A stretch of 64,000 bases of DNA, taken from NCBI GenBank assembly GCA_009914755.4, contig CP068257.2:33472001-33536000 (forward strand), in the 5' to 3' direction. The notes beneath the pieces were generated by a model. That model was not told the origin of the DNA. It searched no databases and saw nothing but the letters and a program-made list of their open reading frames with translations. The stretch is from the human T2T-CHM13v2.0 reference genome, Homo sapiens. Below are positions 38,701 through 51,254 of the stretch, piece after piece (within the stretch, counting starts at the first letter, position 1; each line of letters begins with the position of its first letter). The translations under genes were made by a program, and so were the position numbers.

Positions 38701-39944
38701 GGAGAGCGTTAAAATTATTTATCTCTGCCCTTCAGTTACATAAGCTACCTTCTATTGATCTGTCTCATTAAACTGAGGAAGGCATGTGAGACTCACTGCC
38801 AAGGAATTCAATTGCCTCATTGCCACTTGTTGCTATTTATGTGTGAAAATGACAGAAATTTATCCTGCCATCCAGGATTTTAAACAAAAACAACTTAAAT
38901 GAAAAAGCCTCATTTTCTGTTGGGGTTTCCCTTGGGAAGGAAACATTGCTCTTTTTAAGTGGGATGAATTTTGCACTTCATTAAACGCCTTGATCTTTTC
39001 ATCACTTTAGCCTTTAATGCAATAACATAATCTTAGATCATCTAGATTAATGATTACAATAAAATTGTGCATATAAATCTTACAAGGGCCATGAAAGTGA
39101 GCAGCTGCAGATGCTGAAGTCTGATTTCTGAAACTTTAGGCAGATTTATCTCTATTGACATATATCCTACTTTTTTTGTCTAATTAAACCAAGCTTAATC
39201 TTTTCACAGGTTTTTCTCCTAGAGACTTATCAAACTTCCAGTCAAGGAGTTGAACAGGTCTTTGGGAAGCAATTTGTTCCCTGGCCTAATGTTTAACTCA
39301 AATCCTTCTGGTGTCTTTCAAGTTCCGTCTTGATATTTGTGGAAATCCTAAACTGCACAAGAGCCCTGTTACACACAGAATGGCATTCTCCAAGAATCCC
39401 TGCAGCCAAAGACTGTGCCCCAATTTAGGACATGATGATTAAGACTATTTCACTGAGAGAAGCATCCCTATTGTTCACCTCTCTGAGACCTACTGAGCCA
39501 GGCAGGAGGAAGTCTCCTTGGCCTACTTGCACCAGCAGGAGCGAGCGACTCAGAGCTGCAATGAGCCCAAAGAACACAGGGCAACAGCCTTGGCATGTAG
39601 GCCAAGGATTTTTAAACTAGTCTTAATAACTCAGGTCAAGTTCCCAGCTAGGGTCCCTTAACAAGTCAAGCAAAGAAAGACTTGGGGAGTTTGGAGCATT
39701 TTAGGTTCTGCTGTGTAAGGTAGCAGTTCTTGGTTCTACCAGGAATTCCAGACATATTGTCCTAGAACATTCTGTGGTTCCATAGGTGCAAGACACAAAA
39801 TATACTACTATGCTCTTCTTTGAGGCTAGGTTTTCAGATGTGTATGTGAAAGAAGTAGGAACCATGTCTGCTTTGTAAATGCTGGTGTCTTAATAGAGGT
39901 TCATGTGATAAAGCAGGGGAGGCCTCAGTGTTGTAGAGGCTTTG

Positions 39945-40312
39945 TGTCTCAGTTTGGGCTGCTATATGGGAATACCACAGACTGGGTGGCTTAAATAATA
40001 AGCATTTATTTCATTTCCCACAGCTCTGGAGGCTGGGAAGTCCAAGAACAAACGTGCTAGACAATTCTGTGTCTGGTGAAGGCCCACTTCCTGGTTCATA
40101 GATGGCCGACTTCTTGCTGGGTCCTCACATGGTGGAAAGAGGGCTGGAGAGCTCTCTAGGATCCCATTTATAAGGGCACCAATCCCATTCATGAGGCCTA
40201 CTCTTTCATGACCTAATTGTCTTAAAAAGGCCCCATCATCTAATACCATCATCTTGGGGGTTAGAATTTTAACATATGAATGGGGGGTAGAAATATTTAA
40301 TCCATCATATCA
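39945..40312. mobile_element. MLT1-type (ERVL-MaLR) LTR
   Basis: tgtctcagtttgggctgctatatgggaataccacagactgggtggcttaaataataagcatttatttc...cacagctctggaggctgggaagtccaagaacaaa...gggtcctcacatggtggaaagagggctggagagctc...atcccatttataagggcaccaatcccattcatgaggcc...gacctaattgtcttaaaaaggccccatcatctaataccatcatcttgggggttagaattttaacatatgaatgggg. This is the characteristic MLT1 wording. Confidence 0.6.
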
Positions 40313-42926
40313 TACAAACTGTACAGTCCACTGAGTTTAATATCCTGGAAGAGCACATACATTATCCATTCACATGTTACTATCACTCAAGTAGGTGCAT
40401 TGTTGGTGGCTCTGGCCAAGATCAGAAGCCTAACTCTAAGAAGTGAGGGTATCAGTAGGTCAGAGTACCAAAGGATGTTGTCCTTCCTCCCATAGGAAGT
40501 AGATAAGCTATATATAGGTCACCCACATCTGCTTTGGAGAGTAGCCTTCACAGATCCTATTTGAAATACAGTGACTTAAAGTCAGCCAATTTGCCAAACA
40601 TCCATCACAGATGAAATATCTATCCAAAGATATGATATACAGAAACTGGGTCGAAGGTGGTAAAGCATAAAAGAAAACAAGAAAATAAACCCAGAACTAC
40701 CCAGTTAGACTCTAAACAGAATCCTCTTCTAGAGAGATTAAGCTCTTGCAATTTCCCAATTGCTTGGCTTGGGGTTGGTGATGGGAATAGTCCTGATAAT
40801 TTTTGCCATGCCTATGTGGACCCAGGGGGCTACTGGTACTCATTAAATATTTTGAAATATTCAAAATGGCTTTACTAAAATTTGTGAGACAAGAAAAGTG
40901 AACATCACAAATTAAGGAAACACGAATGAGAAGGCTGGGGATACTGCAGGCTCAACCCTTTCCATGGAACCAGCAAAACTCAAGCTCACCTGGTATTTTT
41001 TCCACCTCTCCTGTATTTTACCTACTTTGTCTTTACACTGCAACATTGGGGAGCAATTTGCTCCATATGAGTTGCCTAAACATTCAGACCAAGAAAGAGA
41101 GAAAGAATCATCTTTCCCACCTTCTTAGGATCTGCCTTCTGTCTACTTCCATTCATTACCCAGAAATTAAAACCAGAAATGGCCTTTCTGCCCAGGCAAA
41201 GTTCCACTTTCTACCCAAAGGAATGCAAGCTTGCCTTTGCAAGGATGGATTAAAAAATCATACCTCCATACCATGACCCAAAAACCCATACAATCAATGT
41301 GTACCCGATAGTCAAGGCTAACTCATTTATTTAGCGTCACAGAGATACCTTAATTCTCTTGCTTTTTCATTGCTTTTAAATTTTCCCTCCCCAGGCACTG
41401 TTTTCTCCTTCTGAAATCCCTACTATTTGTGTTATATCTTCCAAGTCTCTTATGTTTTCTTTTTTTATGGTTTTCATTGCTTTGAGATTTATTCAAACTG
41501 TAAGATATTTCTTTTTGGTTTTCTGAAACACAAATTCACATTTTTTCAGTTTATTTGTTTTCAATATCAAAAGCATGCTTCTTAGTTCTCCAAAGTTACT
41601 TTTGGTGCTGTAATTGCATATCCCTGAAGAGTCTCATCCCTTTTCAGTTTTTCTCTTCTTCTTCTTCAATTGGAATCACCACTGGTAGGTGTGGCCTTGG
41701 GGCCTCTCCCTTGGAGGACCGAGTCCCGTTCATCTTCTTTGTTTTCCTTAGCACACCTGTAGCTGTGTATTTTCCAGCACTCATTCTGGTCTGGATGTTG
41801 GGAGTCTCTTGAACAGGGACAAGCTGGAGGCTGGGGGAGGGTAGGTCAGACTCTGGTTTGGGGTCTGAGAGAGACAGACCTGGCCACCCAGACCTCTCTG
41901 GAGCATACACTGGCAGCCCCTGTCAACCACAGGAGCATTGGGTAACTTCAACTTGCAAAAGAGCTTTGGCCTATGTCCACCAGGGCTGGCCACTGGGAAG
42001 CCACTCCATGCTCCACCCAACAAGGAGACAGGTACAATCCTTTCCAAGAAGAACTTAAGGGCTCTGCTGGCTGGGCCTCCTTGGGGAGCCATGAAATCAG
42101 TGGCATTGGCCTCAGACGTAGAGGACAGGCCAGCCTCTACTATACCATGGGTCCCTTGGTTCCCACTAAGAATAATAATAATCATGTAAACATCTGGTGC
42201 ATACCTAGGGCTGACACTAAGCAGAGAGAAGGTGAGGTGGACCACCCTGTGTAGCTGCAGTTCCTGGAACTCTCAGTGCCACAGACACCCTTCCAGCTCC
42301 ACAGTAAGCCTGCTTACTTGTGTTATTATAAGAAGGAGTTGAGGGGCAAAGGGATTGGAGGCATATATTCAGATATGCCAAAGGTTGTTTTCTTTCAAGG
42401 TGATACATGCTAATAAGCACGAGGCCAAAGCAGGCTTCCCTGAGAGCAGATGGGTGTGTGCATGCGTATGTGTGTGTGTGCACACACGCATGTGTATCAG
42501 CACACTGTGGACTGACACAATTAACCTGACCAGAATTAGCTCAATGCATCATGGCCCAGGGTCAGAACAGTATCTCACTCACCCAAGAGATGGGTTCCAT
42601 CATCATTCATCTCTCCATTTCCCACCTATCCATCCGTCTTCCCATTCAGCCTATTCCCTACCCCCATCCCACCCCTCCATCTACCCATTTATTTTTCTAT
42701 AGTATTCCTGAAGTCAGGGCGTTTAATATGTGATTTTGTGGAAAAATGTAGGAGACAGGGAGTTTATCTCCAGGATCACGTTTCATTCATATTTAACACA
42801 TCTGTACTGCTGGAACAAGATGCAAATCCCACAAACCCTTATATTGCAACACCTCCTCTCCCCCCGCTTTTAAACCTGAACAATAACTTTGAGCAATATA
42901 ATTCTAGGTCATTAAGAGAAAACATT

Positions 42927-43222
42927 GGCTGGGTGCGGTGGCTCACGCCTGTAATCCCAGCACTTTGGGAGGCTGAGGTGGGTGGATCACCTAAGGTCAG
43001 GAGTTTGAGACCAGCCTGGTCAACATGGTGAAACCCCATCTCTACTAAAAATACAAAAAATTAGCCAAGTGTGGTGGCGGGAGCCTATAATCCCAGCTAC
43101 TTGGGAGGCTGAGGCCATAAAAATTGCTTGAAGCCAGGAGGCAGAGTTTGCAGTGAGCCGAGATCGCACCACTGCACTCCAGCCTGGGTGACAGAGTGAG
43201 ACTCTGTCTCAAAAAAAAAAAG
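42927..43222 (+). mobile_element. Alu (full length, AluS/Y-like), sense strand, clean 13-bp TSD and pure A-tail
   Basis: The element runs from ggctgggtgcggtggctcacgcctgtaatcccagcactttgggaggctgaggtgggtggatcac to ...ccagcctgggtgacagagtgagactctgtctc(a)11. The TSD agagaaaacattg sits at 42915-42927 and 43223-43235. Confidence 0.95.
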
Positions 43223-43512
43223 AGAGAAAACATTGATGCGTCACATAAAATAATAACATTGAGATAAAAGTGGCACATTACAGAAATTAATGCTTTGTGA
43301 CTTTTCAAAGCACTTTCACATTCATTGTCTTATTTGGTTTCCATAGGCACCTATCCATCAGCAAAGTAGGGCTGGCATCTTTATTAATTTCATAAACTTG
43401 TTTAGAGCTTATTTTCCAGATTTCATAAATAGCTTCAGTTCTAAAAAAGGTGAGTAGCAGGGTTCTGGAGTATACATATTTAGTGTAATGATTTGGTAAA
43501 ATAATTACACAT

Positions 43513-43665
43513 TGTCTGTAATCCCAGCTACTCAAGATTACTGAGGCAGGAGAACTGCTTGAACCCGGGAGCGGGGTGTAGCAGTGAGCCAAGATCACGC
43601 CACCGCACTCCAGCCTGGGTGACAGAGTGAGACTCAATCTCACAAAAAAAAAAAAAAAAAAAAAG
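43513..43665 (+). mobile_element. Alu right arm only (5'-truncated insertion) with long A-tail
   Basis: tgtctgtaatcccagctactcaagattactgaggcaggagaactgcttgaacccgggagcggggtgtagcagtgagccaagatcacgccaccgcactccagcctgggtgacagagtgagactcaatctcac(a)22. The flanks (aattacaca and aattatataca) may be a degraded TSD. Confidence 0.85.
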
Positions 43666-44000
43666 AATTATATACAGTATCTTAAAAATAATTTTCTCAT
43701 CATCCATTATTATTCATGCTCCCTAAGCCTTTTTCAAACCCCAATGCCATCCTCTTTCCTTCCAGTACATTTTAAGTCTACCTTATAAGTATCTGTAAAG
43801 CAGTAGAATCAAAATCCACAGGAACAGCCTTCACTCTATTTAACAGGGCAACTCTACTACTAACAGCATTTTAGCTGGCCTCGTGCCTAAGTGCAAAGAA
43901 TAAGTAGGAAATAATAGGAAGTAAAATTTTAAAAATAATGAGAAAAATTTTGAGGGCTTCAAATACAAATAGTGGAAGACAATGAGGTATCTTCATGTTA

Positions 44001-44155
44001 GAATCGTGTCTAGACTCAAATCCCAACCCAAGCCGTTGCTAATTTTGTCACCTTGAGCAAATCTTCTTATTTCTCTGATCTTCAGTTTCCTTGTCTAAAA
44101 ATGAGGCATAAAGAGCACACATGAAGTGGGACACATGTACAGTGTTAGGCCCTTT
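44001..44155 (+). mobile_element. MIR SINE fragment
   Basis: gactcaaatcccaacccaagccgttgctaattttgtcaccttgagcaaatcttcttatttctctgatcttcagtttccttgtctaaaaatgaggcataa... matches MIR (ctgggttcgaatcccggctctgccacttactagctgtgtgaccttgggcaagttacttaacctctctgagcctcagtttcctcatctgtaaaatgggg). Confidence 0.6.
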
Positions 44156-44922
44156 TGCTCTTGGCTGATGATAGGAGTCTGGTGACCAACCATCTTGGTT
44201 TGCCCAGGGCTGGTGGGCTTCCCAGGACACGGGACAAAGTGGTTACCCTAGGTGGGAAGCGCGACAGGATAAAAGGGTCCTCATGCATAGACAGCTCCCC
44301 TCCAAATTCCACTCGTGTCCCAAACCTATCTCTCCAGGAAACACACAGAAGCCATCTCCGGTTGGATTCCTAACACTACGTCTCGTCTCTTTTCATTGTT
44401 CTTGTAACCTCATGCTGGTGATGTGTTTATGCTGCTCTAAAGTTGTGTGCTATTTTCTTTAAACAGCATATTAGGGTGTGAGCTCCCTAAGGTCAGAGGT
44501 CATCCTTCTGTATTTGGTAGGACCTAGTCTAACCCCCTCCCGATGCTCAACTTGCACCATCAGTCCTGGCTCGGCAAAGTCACACATCTCAAAGAGATAC
44601 AGTTCTGATTGCAAGAGCATCAGGGAGTCAAGTAAGTTCTTACTGAAGCCTCTTGAAGAGGCAAAACGGGGAGGATTACATCCTTGGAAAGACAGAGTTA
44701 AGGGCTGTAAGACTTCTCCTTAGAAAAGATTCTTCTCAAAGTCCCCTGTTCTCTTTTTCAGTCTCTCCTTCATCACTCCTGATTCTTTTCTCTTGGGAAT
44801 GACTCAGGGTCCTTTCTAAGACAGGCAACTCATCCTCCTTTGGATTTTTCCAATTTCCTTTTTCCAATCCTTTCCAATCAGGATTGCAGAATACTCCACA
44901 AAGGCTCAGGAGTCCAGCAGGT

Positions 44923-44927
<5 letters not shown>

Positions 44928-44975
<48 letters not shown>
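44928..44975. repeat. (GT)24 dinucleotide microsatellite
   Basis: Uninterrupted gt repeats read directly. Confidence 0.95.
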
Positions 44976-44977
<2 letters not shown>

Positions 44978-45427
44978 CTGAAGGGCAGGGGTCTGTAAAC
45001 AGTTTGCTGCATCATAATAACACATGTTTCATAAATAATTGGTGCTTAACAAATATGTACTGTCTTGGGTTATTTCTCTGTCACCCGGGTGGGTGGCTTT
45101 AGGAAGAAATTAGTTGTGGGTCAAATGCATTTTACAATGATGGACCCCAGCCAGGAAAAGAACAATCTTCCTCCCCCTACGAGGGCTTAGAGTGAGCCAG
45201 GGAGTGGAAGAATGTATTGCACCCTCAGTAGCAGAAGTGAGAGTCCCTAAAGGGAGATATTCAAGAATGAGTGTGTGTGTTGGGATGTGTGTGGGTGTGT
45301 ATTTGTGTGTAGGGGTGGTGAGGAGGCATTAGTCTGCTGATCTGGGTCAATATAGTGAAAATGAAGAACATGGGATTGGGCATTGAAGGCTTGTATGAAT
45401 GCACTAGTCCTAGGACCTTGAACAAAC

Positions 45428-45570
45428 TCCTTGTCTCCATGCCACAGTTTTCTCATCTTTCTTTATAGAGTTTTTGGAAGGACTAAATATCCTAACACAC
45501 ATAAAACACTTAGCACAGAACCTGGCATATAGTAAACACTCAATAAACCTCAGTGATTACTGTTATTAGG
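45428..45570 (+). mobile_element. MIR SINE 3' half
   Basis: ccacagttttctcatctttctttatagag...aacacttagcacagaacctggcatatagtaaacactcaataaa matches the MIR 3' end (cagtttcctcatctgtaaaatgggg...gcgcttagcacagtgcctggcacatagtaagcgctcaataaatg). Confidence 0.65.
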
Positions 45571-48500
45571 GCTGACCCCAACCACAGCTGAGAGGAGTCC
45601 AGGCCTCAGTAAACTCTCCTGAGAGGGGACCACAAGGAGCTGAGGGTGAGCTGGCTTGCGTTTTTGGAACTGTCTTAATATATTTGAAATTTATGCTGAA
45701 ATCCAGTGTGCCAAGGTCCCTCGATAAAACAGGGGGGAAAAAAGTGGAAGCATATGGTGGTCTGAGTCTTGAAGAAGAATGACTTCAATTATAGAAACAG
45801 GCTGTTGGAGAAATATGCCTTTTCAGCCCCGTCAGTCACGAACCTTTTCCAAATGTTGACATTACGCATGATATTAATATACTATAAAAAATCCATGTAA
45901 AACTGGAAAAGCCCAAACACACCATGCAAAGCCTGAGTCCTGCTAATGCCCCATCAGGATTAGAAGCAAAAATTCAGTTAGTTCTGCCTGCTAGGGTTTG
46001 CAGTGGCTTATGTCAGGAAGTCTATGACAATTTGTCATCATGTAGAAATATGGCTGCATCTGGATTTTTCTAAACTAAGGGAAGCATTTGTACATCAAAA
46101 GTCCTATTAAGGTTTTACTTTACTTTACTATCAAGAACTTTTTGCCTTTTGGTTCTCTTATAGGTTTGGTGGGTAAATCCCCATTTAGAATAAAGGCCTA
46201 TTTCTTATCCTCTGAGCTGGATAAGCTATTCAGGCAGAGAACAACCTTTGAAGTTAAGGGAAACTGTGCTATCAAGCCAAACGTGAAATAAAATCAGAAG
46301 GGGACCCCTAATGCATTATGGAATACAACGCAGAATTTGGCCGAAGGTGATGCTAATTTTCTGCTCTTGTCAATGAAAAACAGACGCCAGGACGACTTGC
46401 TTGCATTCATCTGAATCCACATGGCAGCGTCAGAAAGCTGGTGAGCCTGGTGGGCCGGGGGGAGCTGTGGTCTGGGGCAAGGGCTGGTTCCTTTGTTTTC
46501 CTTGGCATGGCTTATGGAAAAGTCAGAGAAAATGAATTTCAAATGATGGGTCAAAACTCAAGATTTGAAACACATTTCTTCCATCCTGTAGGTCTCATGG
46601 ATCCATGGAAATAATTTTGATAACTTTAACTCCATTTCCAGTTGCAGGTATGTTGTCCATAGAGTTCCATTAAACAATATTTTTATTTCAGTCATTTACC
46701 ATTCAATGAGTCTTTTAAATCCTGTAAAGTCGTGGAAAAAAGTTCAAATTGGCTATAAATGATTACACTAATTTTCTGTTTTCTTTCCATTTCTTTTCTG
46801 GTTTTCCTTTTAAAATTGCCCCTCTTGCCTGCAGCATATTTTGCATCAAAAAATGTATGGAGGATGGAAGACCCTTTTCACGCAGCAGCTGGGACAGAGT
46901 ATTGCTCAGGCAACTTGTTCCCTCACACTAATTTTTGTCTGCATTGTAAAAATATTTTAAATGGTTTTGCATGCTGCATGAAAATGTGGAAATAACTTAT
47001 ACTGTTTGGTGGTAAAATGTAAGAAATTAGACAGATGCATGAATGCTCTTATGGGCAGAAGAGAAGCAACTGCTTTCCAAAAACACTCTGAACTTTCAGA
47101 AAAGGGAACAGTCACTGATTCTAGAATCAGGAGGAAGAATACATAAATGTTATCTGCTGCTCCTTTTGGTTAATTTGGTTATGGAAGGCAGCTTCTGAAA
47201 AGGGTCACACGCACCGTATTTTGGCATAAAAAACAGAATCACAAGGAAGAGAAGTACCTCCCCCACCCCCACTTGGGCTGTGGGAGGACCCTCATCCATC
47301 AGCGTCTCTGGTACAGGGATAGCTGCTGGCTCAGTGGCTCTGGCCTTCATCCTGGGGTCCTGCTGCTGCCAGGGTGCTGTCTTCTCACCTTTTCAAAGAC
47401 CCTCATCTCTACTGTCCCATATCCATCCCTGCTGACCAAAGCAAAACTAGGTTTTTCTTGCTTTTCCTGGGCTGAGCCTCTTATTGTTCCTAGACACAGC
47501 CAGCCTGGTGAGCACAGGCAAACTGGACATTGGAAGACCCAGCTGCACAAAGACTCCTTCCTGTGAGAGGCTTGGAGAAGACTTTGCTCTAGACACACAA
47601 GGGAGCCTGTGGGAAGGTGAGAGAGATATCCCTTCTCATTCCAAGCCTCTACCGGGAGGAAAGGTTGCTCCCAGAGTTGGGGTTGTGGAGCTGTTTATCA
47701 GGGTTGGGTCAGATGGAAAAACAGAGGACTGTATGTAACCTAAGGTGAAGTAAAGAATCTAAATATGCTCAGAGAAAGGCCTGGCCTTTTGCTCTCAGCT
47801 TCTGGGAAGTGATCTGTGCCTTTGGAATGTCATGTCTGATAGGAGTGGCTTTGTTTGCCTGCAGGCCTTGGACCAGCCAGATAGTGACAAGGTGATTTTG
47901 GGTGGGGCCTTGGGTCACATCAACAAGCCTTAGTGAAGATGGGGGCTTTAGGTCATGTGGTCTCAGCTTGGTCTGAGGGGCTGGGAACTGAGCCCAGTTA
48001 CCTGGGCAGCCAGCCATGCCTAGGTGGTGATAAGACCCCAGCGGAGCCCCTGGATGCAAAGGCTCGGGTGGGTTTCCCTGCGTGGTGTGTTGTTGCACAG
48101 CATGCTGGAAAAGTGATGCTGTTGTTATTCACAGGGAGAGGACGATGGAAGCCCTGCCTTTGGTACTCTCTGGGTTCCGCTCTATGTGCTTCTTTCCTTA
48201 GCTGATGTTAGCTGCATTCTTCCCGGTAATAAACTGCAATCACCAGTGAATAGCTTTAGTGAGTCCTGTGCTCCTTCTAGTGACTTATTGACACTGAGTG
48301 TGTTTTTGAGAGCCCCCTGAACTTGAAATTGATGTCAGAAGTGAAGGTGGTTTTGTAGACACTGTGGCTCTAACTTTGCAGTTGGATAGAGGTGGCAGGA
48401 GTTCACCTGTATTTTTTTTTCCCCTAAAGTAGGGTCTAATTCACCCCCATCAAGAGGTGTATTCTAGAATTTGCACACGGACCCCTTTCTTTCTCATTTC

Positions 48501-48622
48501 TGTGCTTTTTAACAGAACCACTAACTCTTATACCCTCTCGGCCATACATTATCCACTCACATTATTTTCATTTGAATCACATACTCACGTTAGTAATTCC
48601 TTCTTACTTGTAGCTGATGAAG

Positions 48623-48662
48623 TTTGTTTGTTTATTTATTTATTTATTTATTTATTTATTTT
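48623..48662. repeat. (TTTA)n / (TTTG)n microsatellite
   Basis: gtttgtttgtttatttatttatttatttatttatttattt. Confidence 0.9.
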
Positions 48663-48715
48663 AGGTTCTATTAACATTGACATACCAGGCCCCCAATACA
48701 TGTGAGTTCTCATCT

Positions 48716-49147
48716 CTATTAGTTTTCTGGAGCTGCCATAACAAAGTACCACAAATTGGGTGACTTAAAATAACAGAAATTTATTGTCTCACAGTTCTGG
48801 AGGCTAGAAGTCAGAAATCAAGGTGTCGGAGGGCCATGCTCCCTCTGAAAACTGTAAAAGAGGCTTCTTCCTCATCTCTCTCATAGCTTCTGGTGGTTGC
48901 CAGTAGCAGTACTGGGCACTCCTTGACTTGTAGATGTATTATTCGAATTCTCTGTCTGCACATGGCCCTCTCCCTGTCTGCACAAGGCATTTTGTTTTTT
49001 TAAATAAGGACAACTATCACATTGGATTAGAGACCCACCTTACTCCAATGTGACTTCATCTTAACTCATTACACCTGCAATGGCCCTATTTCCAAATAAG
49101 GATACTTTCCATGAAACTGGGGGTTAGGACTTCTATACACATACACA
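48716..49147. mobile_element. MLT1-type (ERVL-MaLR) LTR
   Basis: ttctggagctgccataacaaagtaccacaaattgggtgacttaaaataacagaaatttattgtctcacagttctggaggctagaagtcagaaatcaaggtgtcgg...gacttgtagatg...gattagagacccaccttactccaatgtgacttcatcttaactcattacacctgcaatggccctatttccaaataaggatactttccatgaaactgggggttaggacttc. This is MLT1 consensus wording. Confidence 0.6.
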
Positions 49148-49148
49148 G

Positions 49149-49150
<2 letters not shown>

Positions 49151-49188
<38 letters not shown>
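49151..49188. repeat. (GT)19 dinucleotide microsatellite, abutting the MLT1 LTR
   Basis: Uninterrupted gt repeats read directly. Confidence 0.95.
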
Positions 49189-49191
<3 letters not shown>

Positions 49192-49239
49192 GGAGGACAT
49201 AATTGAGCCCATAACCCCATCCATTTCCCCTCATGAAAG

Positions 49240-49395
49240 ATAAAGCTAAGTATGTGAGCTCCTGCGCCTCAGTTCCTTCCTCTGTGAAATGGGAAAGATT
49301 ATATCACCACTTCCCATCCTGGGAAAGGATGAGAAGAGATACAGCCTCTACATGCACAGCACTGGGCACACAGTGCAGAAATAAGAGCTCATTGT
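49240..49395 (+). mobile_element. MIR SINE 3' half
   Basis: gagctcctgcgcctcagttccttcctctgtgaaatgggaaagattatatcaccacttcccatcctgggaaaggatgagaagagatacagcctctacatgcacagcactgggcacacagtgcagaaataagagctcattg matches MIR (gagcctcagtttcctcatctgtaaaatggggataataatagtacctacctcatagggttgttgtgaggattaaatgagataatgcatgtaaagcgcttagcacagtgcctggcacatagtaagcgctcaataaatg). Confidence 0.6.
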
Positions 49396-50938
49396 CTCTG
49401 GGAGGACTGTTTCTAAGTAGGGTGTTTTCTAATGCATTTAAGTTCATTAAAAGCCAAGGTGTGCAACGACACTCCCCTCACCTGTGCTTTCTCGTCCTTC
49501 TGCCACCAGGTGCCAGGGGAGCCAAGAAGAGCAAAACCAAGGAGGCATTGTTTCCTCCAGAGCCTCATTCATCAACTCGCTCTGAACAGTTAGCACGCTC
49601 AGACAGTCATCTTCTGCACCTTGCCTTTCCCTGTGTCTTGACTGAGGGCTTATCTGAGAGCCTTTTGTTCAGGCTCATAATTATTCAGTGACTCAGGAGC
49701 CCACAAGCATTACCCACGGAGCCAGACAAGACCAGCAAGCTCTGAGGACCACCTGTTCCAAGTCATTTCCTGTGTGGGCGGCAACTTCACAGGGCTGAAA
49801 ATACGAGTTACGGTAAAAATGTCTTCAACCCTGGCGCGCTGGATTGTTGAAACTCGATGGAATCTTGCTTGATTATGTTCAGGCCAGACACATTTCATTA
49901 TCATTCTTTGCATATATATTAAAAACTCTAACCCCTTTACAAACAAATGTTCTCAAGGGGCAGACAGCACACCCTTGCCTCATGACATTGCTCTAATAGA
50001 GAAAACACCCCAGTGTTTCACCCATTAGGTCAGATCCACGAACACAGAGTGCAGTTGGGAAGGATGTGGGCAGTAATGAAGGTGGTGCTTTTTGCTCCTG
50101 TGGGTGCTATGGACAGGTGAGGGTTCAAGGATATTAACAACAAATTTTAAGCCATACCTTACACTACATTGGAGCTTAATCAAATTCTCTGTTCACAGTA
50201 TGCCTAAATTGGCCAATGGAACGGAAAAAAAAAAAAAAAGCAACCCACCCCCAAGAGTTATTTATGTCATGTAGACAAAACCTGGGTTCGTTGACTGATT
50301 ATTTCCACTCTCTAGTGATGGTCGTTGCATTTTCACTCTGAGTTGAATTGCTGCATTTTTCCATAAATATATCTGCTCCTCTGGAAGAAGCTTTGTTGCT
50401 TAGCCTTATTGCCCTTCACGTCTGCCTTTCTGACCTCATAGACTGTCAAGTTCTTAGTTGGTGACTAAAGTATAAAAGTAATTTCTTTCTCTCTTTTTTA
50501 AAATTATTAAAGCCACACATGCTCACTACAGAAAAGTTAGAATGTAGATATGTGTGAAGAAAAGAAAAATTAGCCATTAGGCCCACAATCTAGGGAAAAC
50601 TCATTTTGGGCATTTGGATGGCTTTAATATGCATTCACTATTAAATGATGAATATGATATTATACATAGTATACTAATATATTATGATGATGGATCAGTG
50701 CTGATGTGTTTTAACATAAATGTATATGTTAGTAATGCTGCTGTTTTATCTTAACAGTTTTTCAAACTTGCATTGTTTTGCCCTTCAGCTAAAAGGGTAG
50801 GGAATTTGCTAGGGATATAAATTCATTAATCATAAAAATTATGTCATAACAGCCTGCACAGAAATCACAATAGGATGCAGGACATAGATTAGACTAGAGT
50901 TGAGATTCTTGCCCCAACCACAACTGTTCAGGCTTTGA

Positions 50939-51254
<316 letters not shown>

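Noticed and set aside
49233-49691. 152-aa ORF, the longest in the track, as a gene
   Set aside because: It overlaps an MIR SINE at 49240-49395. It has a low-complexity composition and no recognisable motif. It is most likely a chance ORF in GC-moderate DNA.
49800-49870. Faint resemblance of ...caaccctggcgcgctggattgttgaaactcgatgg... to vault or 7SK-type small RNA segments
   Set aside because: Only a few short words match and there is no full-length colinearity, so this is most likely chance. It is kept only as part of the CpG-retention finding.
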